From Histomonas meleagridis 2922-C6/04-290x (Eukaryota; Protista; Parabasalia): 64,000 bases of DNA. The position numbers were made by a program, and so were the translations under genes. Positions 46,460-56,100 of the stretch are shown in pieces. The DNA lies in the NCBI GenBank assembly GCA_020184695.1, contig JAANOX010000235.1:102419-166418 (forward strand). The letters are read 5' to 3'. The first letter of the stretch is position 1; each line of letters begins with the position of its first letter. The notes below the pieces were generated by a model, which had not been told where the DNA came from, ran no database searches, and saw nothing but the letters and a program-made list of their open reading frames with translations.

Positions 46460-46590
46460 CCATTTTTTGTAAACTATATAGAAATAATTAATTTTTAATC
46501 ATTGCATGCAATTTATTAATATCTGTACTACCTTGGCACAGGCAATCGCTGCTCTTTGTAAGTCCTTTGTTTCCTTAAAATTACCAAAAT

Positions 46591-47538
46591 ATGGTGTACT
46601 ATTATGAAGAAATTAGAAATCAAAATTTTGGAGCTGGACGTTTGACAATCTTTGTTCGCAATAAAATGAAGCTCAAAAATGGGCAAATTTGTGCAGCATG
46701 TGTAATATATCCAGAACTAGAAAGCTACCAATGGATTGTCGCTAAGATAGAAAAAAAAGGTGTTGGTAAAAAGTATGTTGTACGAGATGAATACCCAGAT
46801 GATCCAAAGTATGAAATTTATACAGTTGAATCCAACAGGATCACGCCATTTCCATCCAGTAGTACAGATTACAAACCAGGCGATAAAATACTCGCTTTAT
46901 GGCATGATGAAGAAACAAATCAATGGTCAACAATGTTTTACACTGCCACAGTTGTTGAGAAAAAGAGTGCAAACAAATTAGTTATACTTTACAAAGGCTC
47001 AGTAGAACCAACAATTATTGATACAAATAAAGTCACAAAATTTCCACCCGGATTCGATCTACAAACAGAATCTGAAACAGAGGAACCACCAAAGGAAACC
47101 GAAAATACAGAAAAAGCAGATGCAACAACTGAAGCAAATCAAGATTCAACAAATTCTCCAAAGGAGAAAGAAGAAGCAGAGATACAAGCAAAGATTCATG
47201 AAAGCCAGGAGAATAGAAGAATCAATTTCATGTTCAATAAGCCAATGCAAGTCGAAAAAACTCAAATACAATGTCTAAAAGATGAAGATTTTACAGAACT
47301 TGCGGGACCAAAGAAGGAGTTTAAGAGAATGGAGACACAGAAAGGAACCCCTTTGTTAGATTCTTTAGAAGATCCAGAATTATTTTCTCAAAACTATTAT
47401 ACACATATTACAGGAAGCGGTCGATTATCTGCACCAAAGTCACACCTCAAAGGTTATTCTGCATTTGTTAATGGAACACAAGGTGAATGTGGTAGGTTGG
47501 GTATGATATTTGGTGAATGGAGTATGCTCAATAAATAA
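46591..47538 (+). CDS. SGF29-like double Tudor domain protein
   Basis: YVVRDEYPDD..ITPFP..YKPGDKILALW..TMFYTATV pattern. Start may be the later MKLK ATG. Confidence 0.65.
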   Translation: MVYYYEEIRNQNFGAGRLTIFVRNKMKLKNGQICAACVIYPELESYQWIVAKIEKKGVGKKYVVRDEYPDDPKYEIYTVESNRITPFPSSSTDYKPGDKILALWHDEETNQWSTMFYTATVVEKKSANKLVILYKGSVEPTIIDTNKVTKFPPGFDLQTESETEEPPKETENTEKADATTEANQDSTNSPKEKEEAEIQAKIHESQENRRINFMFNKPMQVEKTQIQCLKDEDFTELAGPKKEFKRMETQKGTPLLDSLEDPELFSQNYYTHITGSGRLSAPKSHLKGYSAFVNGTQGECGRLGMIFGEWSMLNK

Positions 47539-47608
47539 AATTGATTTGAACATCAAACATTTGATTTAGCGGTTTTAAATTTACAAAAAGTGCCAAATTC
47601 TCGACCAA

Positions 47609-48082
47609 ATGCAATCAGACGAAGAAGAAGAAATATATTCAGAACCCCAATCAGAATATGATGAGCTCTCAAGTTCTGATGAAGAAGAACCAACTGACCG
47701 TTCTTTTGGACAACAATATGAGGCACTTTTAAATGCTGAAGTTCCATCCGGAAAATGTCCAATTCTTTGCTTTTCTAAAATACCAGCAAGGATAACAAAA
47801 ATGAGAGAAAGAGAAAATAAAAAAATCAGAGAAGGAAGACAATTGGTTCAGGCTAAAAGAACATTATTAAATGCTACACACAAAGGAATTGAAACATTTG
47901 ACGAAGAAAGAGAAAATAGACTCAGAAAGAAAGCAACAAAAGGTGTTATTCAACTTTTCAATTCTGACGCAAGAGCTCAAAATAAACCTGAATTACATGA
48001 ACCAGTGAAAGAAGAAGATGTTCCTAAAAAGAAAGAAGAGTTCCTTCAGCTCTTATTGGAAGCTGCAGGTAGGGAGGAGTAA
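47609..48082 (+). CDS. RRP15-like ribosome biogenesis protein
   Basis: ERENRLRKKATKGVIQLFN motif; acidic N-terminus. Confidence 0.65.
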   Translation: MQSDEEEEIYSEPQSEYDELSSSDEEEPTDRSFGQQYEALLNAEVPSGKCPILCFSKIPARITKMRERENKKIREGRQLVQAKRTLLNATHKGIETFDEERENRLRKKATKGVIQLFNSDARAQNKPELHEPVKEEDVPKKKEEFLQLLLEAAGREE

Positions 48083-48384
48083 ATTATTAAAAATGATAGA
48101 AATCATATATATTAAATGCCACTGTTTACAACTTCACACTATAATCTTTTTAACTTCGGTACAATTCATGATTTTTAACAATATCCATATTTTAAATTGT
48201 TAATTTTTGTGATTGATTTTTTTTTTTTTTGATAAATATTTTTTATACAAAAACATAAAGGGTATAAGCTGTAATTGCTTTTTTATATGTAAATTTAGAT
48301 CGGAAACATTATTAAACCAAAATGTTTTACTGACGCTGAAGAGACAGACATAAAACGGTTATAGAAAACCGTTAAATTGACCAC

Positions 48385-49278
48385 ATGCTGTCCTCATTCT
48401 TAAGGAAATTTTCAAATCCTTTTGCCAAGAAACGTCCACTCCCAGATGTTGGAAGAATCATATTAACTGCTTCATGCAAAGGTGGTGTTGGTAAATCAAC
48501 TGTTGCATTAAATACTGCCATATCTCTTTCCGAACTTGGTAATCGAGTTGGTATTCTTGATGCAGATCTTTATGGACCATCCATACCGACAATGACATCC
48601 ACAACAGGAAATACACTTCAAAGAACACAAGATGAACTTTTCCTTCCAATTCCTGCCTATGGAATTGAAACCTTATCCATTGGAAATGCGATCAAGAAGG
48701 ATGATGCTCTTCTATGGAAAGGACCACTTGTTGGTGGATTAATAGGTGATTTATTAACAAAAACCCTTTGGCCGCCATTAGATTATTTGATTGTTGATAC
48801 ACCTCCAGGTACTGGAGATGTACAACTTTCACTTTATCAAAGCGTCAAAATTGATGGTGCAATTTTAGTTACATCACCACAAGAAGTTGCTATAGCAGAT
48901 GTCATACGTAACATTGATATGTTCAAGAAAATGAACATTCCAATCCTTGGTATTGTTCAGAACTTTGATGGCTTCGTTTGCCCTTGCTGCAACAAAGTAA
49001 CAAAAATATTTAACGGTCGCGGCGGAATTGATCTTGCGGAAAAGTTCAAGTTAGAAGTACTAGCATCGCTTGCAGTAGACCCAACACTTGCAGAAGCTGC
49101 TGATGCTGGGTTCCCGGCTGTACTTAAGAACCCTAACTCGGATTATGCGCGCGCATTCAGAACACTCGCATTGAGAGTGATGACAAAGATGCCAAAAGTT
49201 CCGGAAGAAGAAGCTAAAGCAGAAAAAGAAGAGCCCGTAAAAGAAGAGAAGCCAACAAAAGAAGAAAACCCAAAATAA
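48385..49278 (+). CDS. Mrp/NBP35/Ind1-family Fe-S scaffold ATPase, probable hydrogenosomal presequence
   Basis: CKGGVGKST, DADLYGPS, DTPPGTGD, CPCC; N-terminus MLSSFLRKF. Confidence 0.9.
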   Translation: MLSSFLRKFSNPFAKKRPLPDVGRIILTASCKGGVGKSTVALNTAISLSELGNRVGILDADLYGPSIPTMTSTTGNTLQRTQDELFLPIPAYGIETLSIGNAIKKDDALLWKGPLVGGLIGDLLTKTLWPPLDYLIVDTPPGTGDVQLSLYQSVKIDGAILVTSPQEVAIADVIRNIDMFKKMNIPILGIVQNFDGFVCPCCNKVTKIFNGRGGIDLAEKFKLEVLASLAVDPTLAEAADAGFPAVLKNPNSDYARAFRTLALRVMTKMPKVPEEEAKAEKEEPVKEEKPTKEENPK

Positions 49279-49345
49279 TTAAATCATAAATAATTTCTAA
49301 CGTTAGATTAATATCGATTTCAATTCCATGTTATTCTTTGTTTAG

Positions 49346-49630
49346 TTAAAGGAAATTATGCATAATAACATCAACCTTTTCGAGAAATGATTCGTAGTCA
49401 CGAGACTGCCTTAAATCAATAGAGTAACGTGCTGAAAGCATGTCGGCAAGCTTTTCATCAATTGTTTTGCCTCCAATTGACTCGTCAAAAAATGATTCTA
49501 TTTCTTCAACTGTATCTTGTGCAAATTTTGATATTGTAAATCGAGTTCCCTTAGAACCAATATCTAAAAAGCCAATGGTTGAAGTGTTCATTCCCATAAA
49601 CAGCTGATGAAGTAAAAGTTGATGGAACAA
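49346..49630 (-). pseudogene. Fragment resembling an HSP70/HSP110-like ATPase domain
   Basis: FLDIGSKGTRF..SIGGKTIDEKL resembles the DLGGG..LGGEDFD region; short and isolated. Confidence 0.4.
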
Positions 49631-49918
49631 ATTGAATTGCGTTGATTTTGGCTATTGTAATACTTATTTAAATAATCATTTTTCGTTAAATAAGAACACG
49701 ACTCAACCATTCGTCTATAATAAAATGATATTGTCAAATCATATTATTGTGTTGCATTTATTAAGCATAAGTCCAATGTTTATCTTTAATACAGAATGCA
49801 GATTCACAAACTTTTAACCATTTCTTGAAAATGCAATTTAATTTATTCAAATGAGGAGAATGCTAAAAGAGGATAAATCAGTACATTAAACTTTTATTGC
49901 AACAAAGTTATTTTTCGA

Positions 49919-50878
49919 CTAATTCCTTATGTTTGAATCGAGCAATTCTATGAACATTGCTCTTTCCTTATTCAAATCCACTGTCGGATCTGACACAAAT
50001 TCGCAGTACTCTTCCTGCGACATCTGCGAAAGCTTTTTCTCGGAATTTTCGACAATATTATTATTTCCAAGTCCATAACCGCCTGGCAAATAACTTGATG
50101 TGAAAATCATATCTTTGAGATTTGGGTCCAAATCTTTAATTTCTTGCTCAAGAGCCTGCGTTTCAAACTTATAAATGTGCGATGCAATATATTTAATATG
50201 AATATCAATTCCGGCTCCAAATTGATTAGTTAAATTAAGTCCTTCAAGTGCCTTTTGAGGATCTAATGTATCTATATAGTCATCCTCAAGTTGAGGCAAA
50301 AGAAAATCGATTTGAAGTTGTGACGCAATTATGTACATAAATTCGGGATCATAGTGTAAACGGTCGCTGAATTGAATTCTGGCGGTTGTAAATATTTGGG
50401 CGATGCATTCGAAGTCGCCTTGCTTAGGATATACACTGAACTCCCTTATGGTTGGATCTTCTTTAAGTAGTGTTCTAATTTTACGAGAAAATGTTGCTGC
50501 TAATATGGGATTAACACTATAACGTTTAGAATTATGAATAAAAGTAAACAAGTCAGAACCTGGCGGTGGGTTAGGAGTGAGAAAGTGGTTGAGTGCACAA
50601 AATGTTTTTTCAGGTCGTTTTGGTTTATACATTTTTAAAGAAAACGGATATCCATTAATTGTTATAGTAGAATATCGAGAAAGAGCTTGATTTAAATCAC
50701 CATTTGAATCAAAATATATTCGGAAACATAATTCACTATTAAAAAAAGTTGATCCAATTTTCTTGAATTTTGTGTTAGCAAAACAAATTGCTATGTCATC
50801 CTTAGTAATCATTGGAGTATTTCCAACCAAGATCGCAGAAGTTGGTAAATCTTCTTTATTTTGGTTTGAATTTGACAT
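49919..50878 (-). CDS. Hypothetical protein, RRM-like N-terminus and BTB-like segment
   Basis: ILVGNTP..FRIYF RNP-like pattern; FIHNSKRYSVNPILAATFSRKI BTB-like. Confidence 0.5.
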   Translation of the reverse strand: MSNSNQNKEDLPTSAILVGNTPMITKDDIAICFANTKFKKIGSTFFNSELCFRIYFDSNGDLNQALSRYSTITINGYPFSLKMYKPKRPEKTFCALNHFLTPNPPPGSDLFTFIHNSKRYSVNPILAATFSRKIRTLLKEDPTIREFSVYPKQGDFECIAQIFTTARIQFSDRLHYDPEFMYIIASQLQIDFLLPQLEDDYIDTLDPQKALEGLNLTNQFGAGIDIHIKYIASHIYKFETQALEQEIKDLDPNLKDMIFTSSYLPGGYGLGNNNIVENSEKKLSQMSQEEYCEFVSDPTVDLNKERAMFIELLDSNIRN

Positions 50879-50951
50879 TAATTAAAAAAAAAATAATTCG
50901 AACAAAGCCATTCAAATATTTTCTATTATTTACATAACGGTTTATTCTATT

Positions 50952-53021
50952 TCATTTATCGAAACATTTCGAATTTATTTCTTCTTCTATTAGTCTTAAA
51001 TAATTAGGCAAAAGGAAAACTCCGTCAGACGAAAACTCTTCTGCTATTTTTTCTTCTCCGTCCACTTGTATTGTCATTTTATCCAAAATATCAAGGAATT
51101 GTATATTTTTATCATCTTCGTTCAAACATTGTTGAATTTTCCTATTGAACGAAGTTACAATTTCCAATCTTCCGATTGGCATATAATACATTGGGTGTAT
51201 CCAAATCATAAAGTTCTTTTTCTTTCTTAAGTCATTTATGACGTTTATCAATGATTCTATTTGTATTTGTAGCACTTCATCAAGTGTTCTAATTTCAGTT
51301 TGATCATTAAATGTAATTAACCATTCACTACAATCGATTTCGCAACCCGCGAAAACTATCAAAGAATCATTCGGTATCTCATCGATAGCTTTTGAATAAG
51401 AAAATTGGATCCACGATGTATTTTTTGATACGAGATCAGTCGGATGTAAATGTTCAATTAAAACAGGCTCGAAAATATATTTTTCGTCTTTATATGTAAT
51501 CGTTCGATATGCCATTGTTAAACTATGTTCATCACCAATTACATATATCTTTTTCGATGTTTTATTAATTGGTGTTTCAATTGATTGTATTAATGAATAA
51601 ATATATTCATGCAATATAATCTCATCATTTAAAACAGTTTTGGAAAAGTCATATTTCCCAATAATTTTTTGTAATTTTGTTGAAATACTTCGACATCGTT
51701 CAATTTGGCCATTCGAAAATAAATAAGTTTCGATTAAAATTAATGACCAAATCGAATCAAGTTGAACAAGTTTAAAAGGGCATTCTAAAGTACCTTTTTG
51801 TTCAACATAATTCGAATCATTATTGCCATTATCATTATCTTGTGTAATTGTAGATAATTCATCATTTTGTTGTCGTAAATAATCCATTAATAAATTAATC
51901 ATTTCATTACATTGTTCAATTCCTAAACGTAATGAAATAAAATTACGAAACGTGCCAACAAAAATAGCAGGATCAAATGGAAGAATTTTAAGTGCCCTTC
52001 GGAAGAAATAATCAGCAACTTTACATGAGCCATGTGTATAAAGAATGTTCCCAACATAAAATAGAATGTGCGGATTCTTCATCCCATCGCCAAGTTCTTC
52101 AGCAAGTACAATTGCTTGGCGATCATTAATGATATGATTACCAATGAAACGACAACTTTGTTTATGATCAGGATCAATAGAAAAATTCTTGATTATGATA
52201 TGTAATGCATCTCGAAGAAGTCCTTTTTCGGCATATATCTGAGCAAGAAGAACAGACGCTTTTAAGTTAGAATGATTGGATTTATAAATAGGATAAATAA
52301 GTGTATAGGACTCATCAAGTTTCCCAAGCATAAAAAGTGATTTGGCAATTGAATGGTTTATGCTCTCAAAATCAAGAGGACGGTTTCGAGGAATGAGAAG
52401 AAGGCGCTTGAAGTACTCAATGGCTTCATTATGAGCACCTACTCTTTGTTTAGCTTTACCAAGGAGACTTAGACATGTGTAATCATTGGGAAAATGACGA
52501 TATGCATTTAGAGCAACTTCGACTGCTGATTTGAATCTATGGAATTTAAAATGTAAACGAACTTGAAGTTGATAAGGAATTGGAGACCTAGGATCTAACT
52601 TAAGAGCTTTTTGAATGTTTAAACTTGCAGTTTTAGAATCTTTATTATTGATTGCAATTATAGTTTGTGAAATAGCATCATCAAACATCTGTTTTTTGTT
52701 GTTAGGATCAACTTCAGGTTCTTCAAATTCGGGTGTAGTTGGAAATGATTGTGATAGAATTAAATCAAAACGAAGAGAACTATAATTGAATATAGATGTT
52801 GATAAATCTGTAATTTCTGTAATTTTGCTTCTAAGAGGAAAGGTAAAATCTTCCATATAAAGTTTGAAAATTGATGGATCAAAAGATTCATCATGTGTTT
52901 GATGAATTATTTCTGTAAATCGATCAATAATATTTTGAAAAGTAACGTTCCGTTCTGTTGGTGTAATCTTAATGAAAACATTATTTGAACATTTGCTTTC
53001 CAAGAACAAAAAAAACTCCAT
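50952..53021 (-). CDS. TPR-repeat protein
   Basis: KALKLDPRSPIPY, LGKAKQRVGAHNEAIEYF, YFFRRALKILP repeats. Confidence 0.75.
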   Translation of the reverse strand: MEFFLFLESKCSNNVFIKITPTERNVTFQNIIDRFTEIIHQTHDESFDPSIFKLYMEDFTFPLRSKITEITDLSTSIFNYSSLRFDLILSQSFPTTPEFEEPEVDPNNKKQMFDDAISQTIIAINNKDSKTASLNIQKALKLDPRSPIPYQLQVRLHFKFHRFKSAVEVALNAYRHFPNDYTCLSLLGKAKQRVGAHNEAIEYFKRLLLIPRNRPLDFESINHSIAKSLFMLGKLDESYTLIYPIYKSNHSNLKASVLLAQIYAEKGLLRDALHIIIKNFSIDPDHKQSCRFIGNHIINDRQAIVLAEELGDGMKNPHILFYVGNILYTHGSCKVADYFFRRALKILPFDPAIFVGTFRNFISLRLGIEQCNEMINLLMDYLRQQNDELSTITQDNDNGNNDSNYVEQKGTLECPFKLVQLDSIWSLILIETYLFSNGQIERCRSISTKLQKIIGKYDFSKTVLNDEIILHEYIYSLIQSIETPINKTSKKIYVIGDEHSLTMAYRTITYKDEKYIFEPVLIEHLHPTDLVSKNTSWIQFSYSKAIDEIPNDSLIVFAGCEIDCSEWLITFNDQTEIRTLDEVLQIQIESLINVINDLRKKKNFMIWIHPMYYMPIGRLEIVTSFNRKIQQCLNEDDKNIQFLDILDKMTIQVDGEEKIAEEFSSDGVFLLPNYLRLIEEEINSKCFDK

Positions 53022-53070
53022 TTTTAGTAGCTAATTGGAGACCGTTAATATCGACATGTGATGCAAAAAA

Positions 53071-54276
53071 ATGAGCTCTGCCTCTGCTGCTGTCCAAGCC
53101 ATATTAGATTCTCTTGGTATCAGCATTTCAAAGGCAACTCTTATAACTTCTATTACTGATGATGCTGAACGTTACATTCAAAATTTTCTTTCTTCAGTTT
53201 TACTAATTTCTTCAAATTCAAGATCTCAATGCATAACCTCACAACATATCAATCGAACACTAAAGGCAACACGTCAGCCATGTTTATTTGGATATTCAGA
53301 ATCAAACATTCCAATTGTTAGTGTTTTTTTTGATCAGTCTGAATTAATTGTACCAAAAGAAAATACTGTATTAACAAAAAAATTAACTGAGATGGAGAGA
53401 GAGCCATTACCAACACAAAATTCATATCAATTTGATTATTTACTTACAGAAGGAGTACCAACCCACAAAAAACTTCTTTCTAACCGCCGAATCCTAGTCA
53501 AAATTCCGAAACTTATTGAACGCTCTGCGTCGGTTACTCCTTTACAACCAAGCTCAGCGCCTTCAAACATAGATCTCACAAGAAAGCACTCGGTTTCTAT
53601 CACTGATAGGGTTTACGACCATAACCAAAGTGCTGGCGATGTTATTACTGGTGAATTACAACTTTTTTATGTGAGAATTATTAACTTAATGCACGAAGAT
53701 CTACTTAACTCAAAAGAATCAGCATTGAACTGCTTAGTAAATGAAAGTGGATTCCAACAATTACTTCCATATTTCCTTCAATTTATATATGGACAAATGA
53801 TTCTCAATTATCAAGATGTTCAATTAATGACAATTCTAATTCAGATGACAAGAGCATTGGCAGCCAACAAGTATCTGACTTCGGATCATTATGTTCATTG
53901 TTTTCTTAAAATTGCTTTTTCTGGATTACTCGGATTTGGCTTCACTACAAAAGAATATAAAGAAGACTTTTTACTACGCGAAAATGCTGCTGAACTTATA
54001 TCAATTTTAAGTGACAAATATGAAAGATCATATCCGTCGATAAAATTGTCAATATTCAACTCACTGATCAAAGCGTTATTTGATCCGGCGACAACACTAA
54101 ACGCTCACTATGGTGCTCTTTGCGGGATAGAAGCACTTGGGGTTAAGGCAATTGAACATATTAAACCTCATTTGAAGTCTTATGAAAAGTTTATTGTTTT
54201 TGCAAATAAAAACAAAACCATTAAAGCAACAGAAATGATTGTGAACAAAATTAAGTCAATGTTGAATGACAGGTAA
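53071..54276 (+). CDS. TAF6: TFIID subunit TAF6
   Basis: N-terminal histone fold plus LLPYFLQFI, LRENAAELI and HYGALCGIEALG HEAT motifs. Confidence 0.8.
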   Translation: MSSASAAVQAILDSLGISISKATLITSITDDAERYIQNFLSSVLLISSNSRSQCITSQHINRTLKATRQPCLFGYSESNIPIVSVFFDQSELIVPKENTVLTKKLTEMEREPLPTQNSYQFDYLLTEGVPTHKKLLSNRRILVKIPKLIERSASVTPLQPSSAPSNIDLTRKHSVSITDRVYDHNQSAGDVITGELQLFYVRIINLMHEDLLNSKESALNCLVNESGFQQLLPYFLQFIYGQMILNYQDVQLMTILIQMTRALAANKYLTSDHYVHCFLKIAFSGLLGFGFTTKEYKEDFLLRENAAELISILSDKYERSYPSIKLSIFNSLIKALFDPATTLNAHYGALCGIEALGVKAIEHIKPHLKSYEKFIVFANKNKTIKATEMIVNKIKSMLNDR

Positions 54277-54562
54277 TGTTTGTTTTTGTTTCTTGAATAA
54301 ATTGTTATTTTAAAATGTTTTGGATTTTTTATACTGAAATTTTTTACTTATTATTATTGATTGTTAAAATAGAAAAAAAAAAAATTAATAATATCTTTAT
54401 TATATATAATATTTGTGAAAAATTCATATTAATGTACATAATTTATGAAGTTTTGAATTTTAAAAATAAAAAAACCTTTAATATCAAATAGTAAAATGAA
54501 ATACAAACAATAATTTTTCGGTATTTATAAATTTGTTCTAAACTTTGAAAAGGCTTCAGACT

Positions 54563-54636
54563 TCCTCCCTAACTCAGTTGGTTAGAGTGTCAGACTGTTA
54601 ATCTGGAAGTCGTGTGTTCGAGCCACACGGGAGGAG
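54563..54636 (+). tRNA. tRNA-Asn (anticodon GTT), intronless
   Basis: Acceptor TCCTCCC/GGGAGGA, D stem ACTC/GAGT, anticodon stem TCAGA/TCTGG with loop CT-GTT-AA, T stem GTGTG/CACAC with TTCGAGC loop, discriminator G. Confidence 0.95.
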
Positions 54637-54637
54637 A

Positions 54638-54644
54638 TTTTTTT
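54638..54644 (+). terminator. Pol III oligo(T) terminator of tRNA-Asn
   Basis: T7 one base after the discriminator; a further T6 at 54648-54653. Confidence 0.7.
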
Positions 54645-55506
54645 ATGTTTTTTGCACCTGATGGTTTTTTGCATCAGGAAACCAGATATTCAGAATCTAC
54701 TGTCTATGAGGAACAAGATGATGCCATTTCCGATCGAAATGAAAAAATTGATAATTATTATATCGAAAATTTGGACACGAAAAACGACCCAAATCGCCAC
54801 GACGGCTCATCCCCGCCTCTAGAAGACTTAGAAGAATGTCCCAATATCGAAATCGGCCACAACGAAGAAGAATTATATGATCAATGTTAATCCAGATCTC
54901 CCTTTCCAAAACGAGATACTCTTAATTCGGGGAGCTCATTACAATCCTAACTCAGAACCACAAAATGAATTCACACCAACACCACCATCAGAATGGATCA
55001 TAATCACAGCAGACTCAACCATCTCAAATTTCCTACCGTCAAGATGTAATCACAACCGAGGAATTATTCTATCATGAGGACTAGCAAGAATTAATCAAGT
55101 AAACCTCGAAATTAACTCGAATTTACCTCCCATCTTCCCAACGATAGAAGAAATTCAGAAAGGTGTGCTTGATTTACGTTATTTTGTAGGACCAAACATA
55201 CCTCAGTCAAAACCAAAACCGATCCAATTATTTTTTAACGACCAACGTATTCAATCCATTGTCAATATTGCAAAAGCCACTATCCAAAATTATGTCATTA
55301 CTTATAAGATCAACATGAATAATACTCGAAATACCTGGAACTTATTCCAATTTGTTACGAACGATAACTCGATCAAGAATAGTCAAATCAATAACATCCA
55401 AAAAACTCAAATTAACACTAATAATTCACTACAACAAACACTATACATGGAACAAAATAACTTGAACTTAACGAATGAGAGAACAAATCAACAATCCAAT
55501 GAGATA

Positions 55507-56100
55507 CAACATAACATAGTAAATCATAAAGTCAATGTGAAAGAACAGACAATTAACACTGAAGCAAAGGTAGTCAATCATACTGTCGATATTAAAGAAC
55601 ATTTAATTAATACTGAAGCAAATGTTGTTAATCACAATGTTAATATTAATGAACATATCATTCAAACTGATGCAAATGTTGTACATCACGACGTTAAAGT
55701 TAACCAACATCTAATTAAATCTGAAGCCAATGTCGTTAATCATAATGTTGAAGTTAATCATCATTTAGTCAAATCCAAAGCTGAAGTTACTAATCATGAT
55801 GTTGAACTTGAAAATCATACAATTAAATCCACAGCTAAAGTTGTTAATCATGATGTTGAAGTAAATCATCATTTAGTCAAATCCAATGCTGAAATTGTTA
55901 ATCATGATGTTGAAGTTAATCACCATTTAATGAAATCCACAGCTGAAGTTACTAATCATGATGTTGAAGTCGAAAACCACACTATTAAATCCAAAGCTGA
56001 AGTTGTTAGTCATAATGTTGTAGTAAATAAAGAAAGAATCGATACCGAAGCAAACGTTCAAGAACTTAGAATCAGGATACACAAAGATGTTCAAACATAT
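55507..56100 (+). repeat. Eleven 54-nt (18-aa) coding repeats in copy 1
   Basis: Consensus xAxVVNHDVEVNHHLIKS with exact 54-nt period (e.g. EAK at 55561, EAN at 56047). Confidence 0.92.

Noticed and set aside
15412-54276. Apparent cluster of chromatin/transcription cofactors (Sds3-like, MYST, SGF29-like, TAF6)
   Set aside because: Spread over 39 kb among unrelated genes; no evidence beyond coincidence.
54612-54644. ORF-track extension MCSSHTGGDFF
   Set aside because: Starts at a GTG inside the tRNA T arm; homology with copy 2 begins at ATG 54645.
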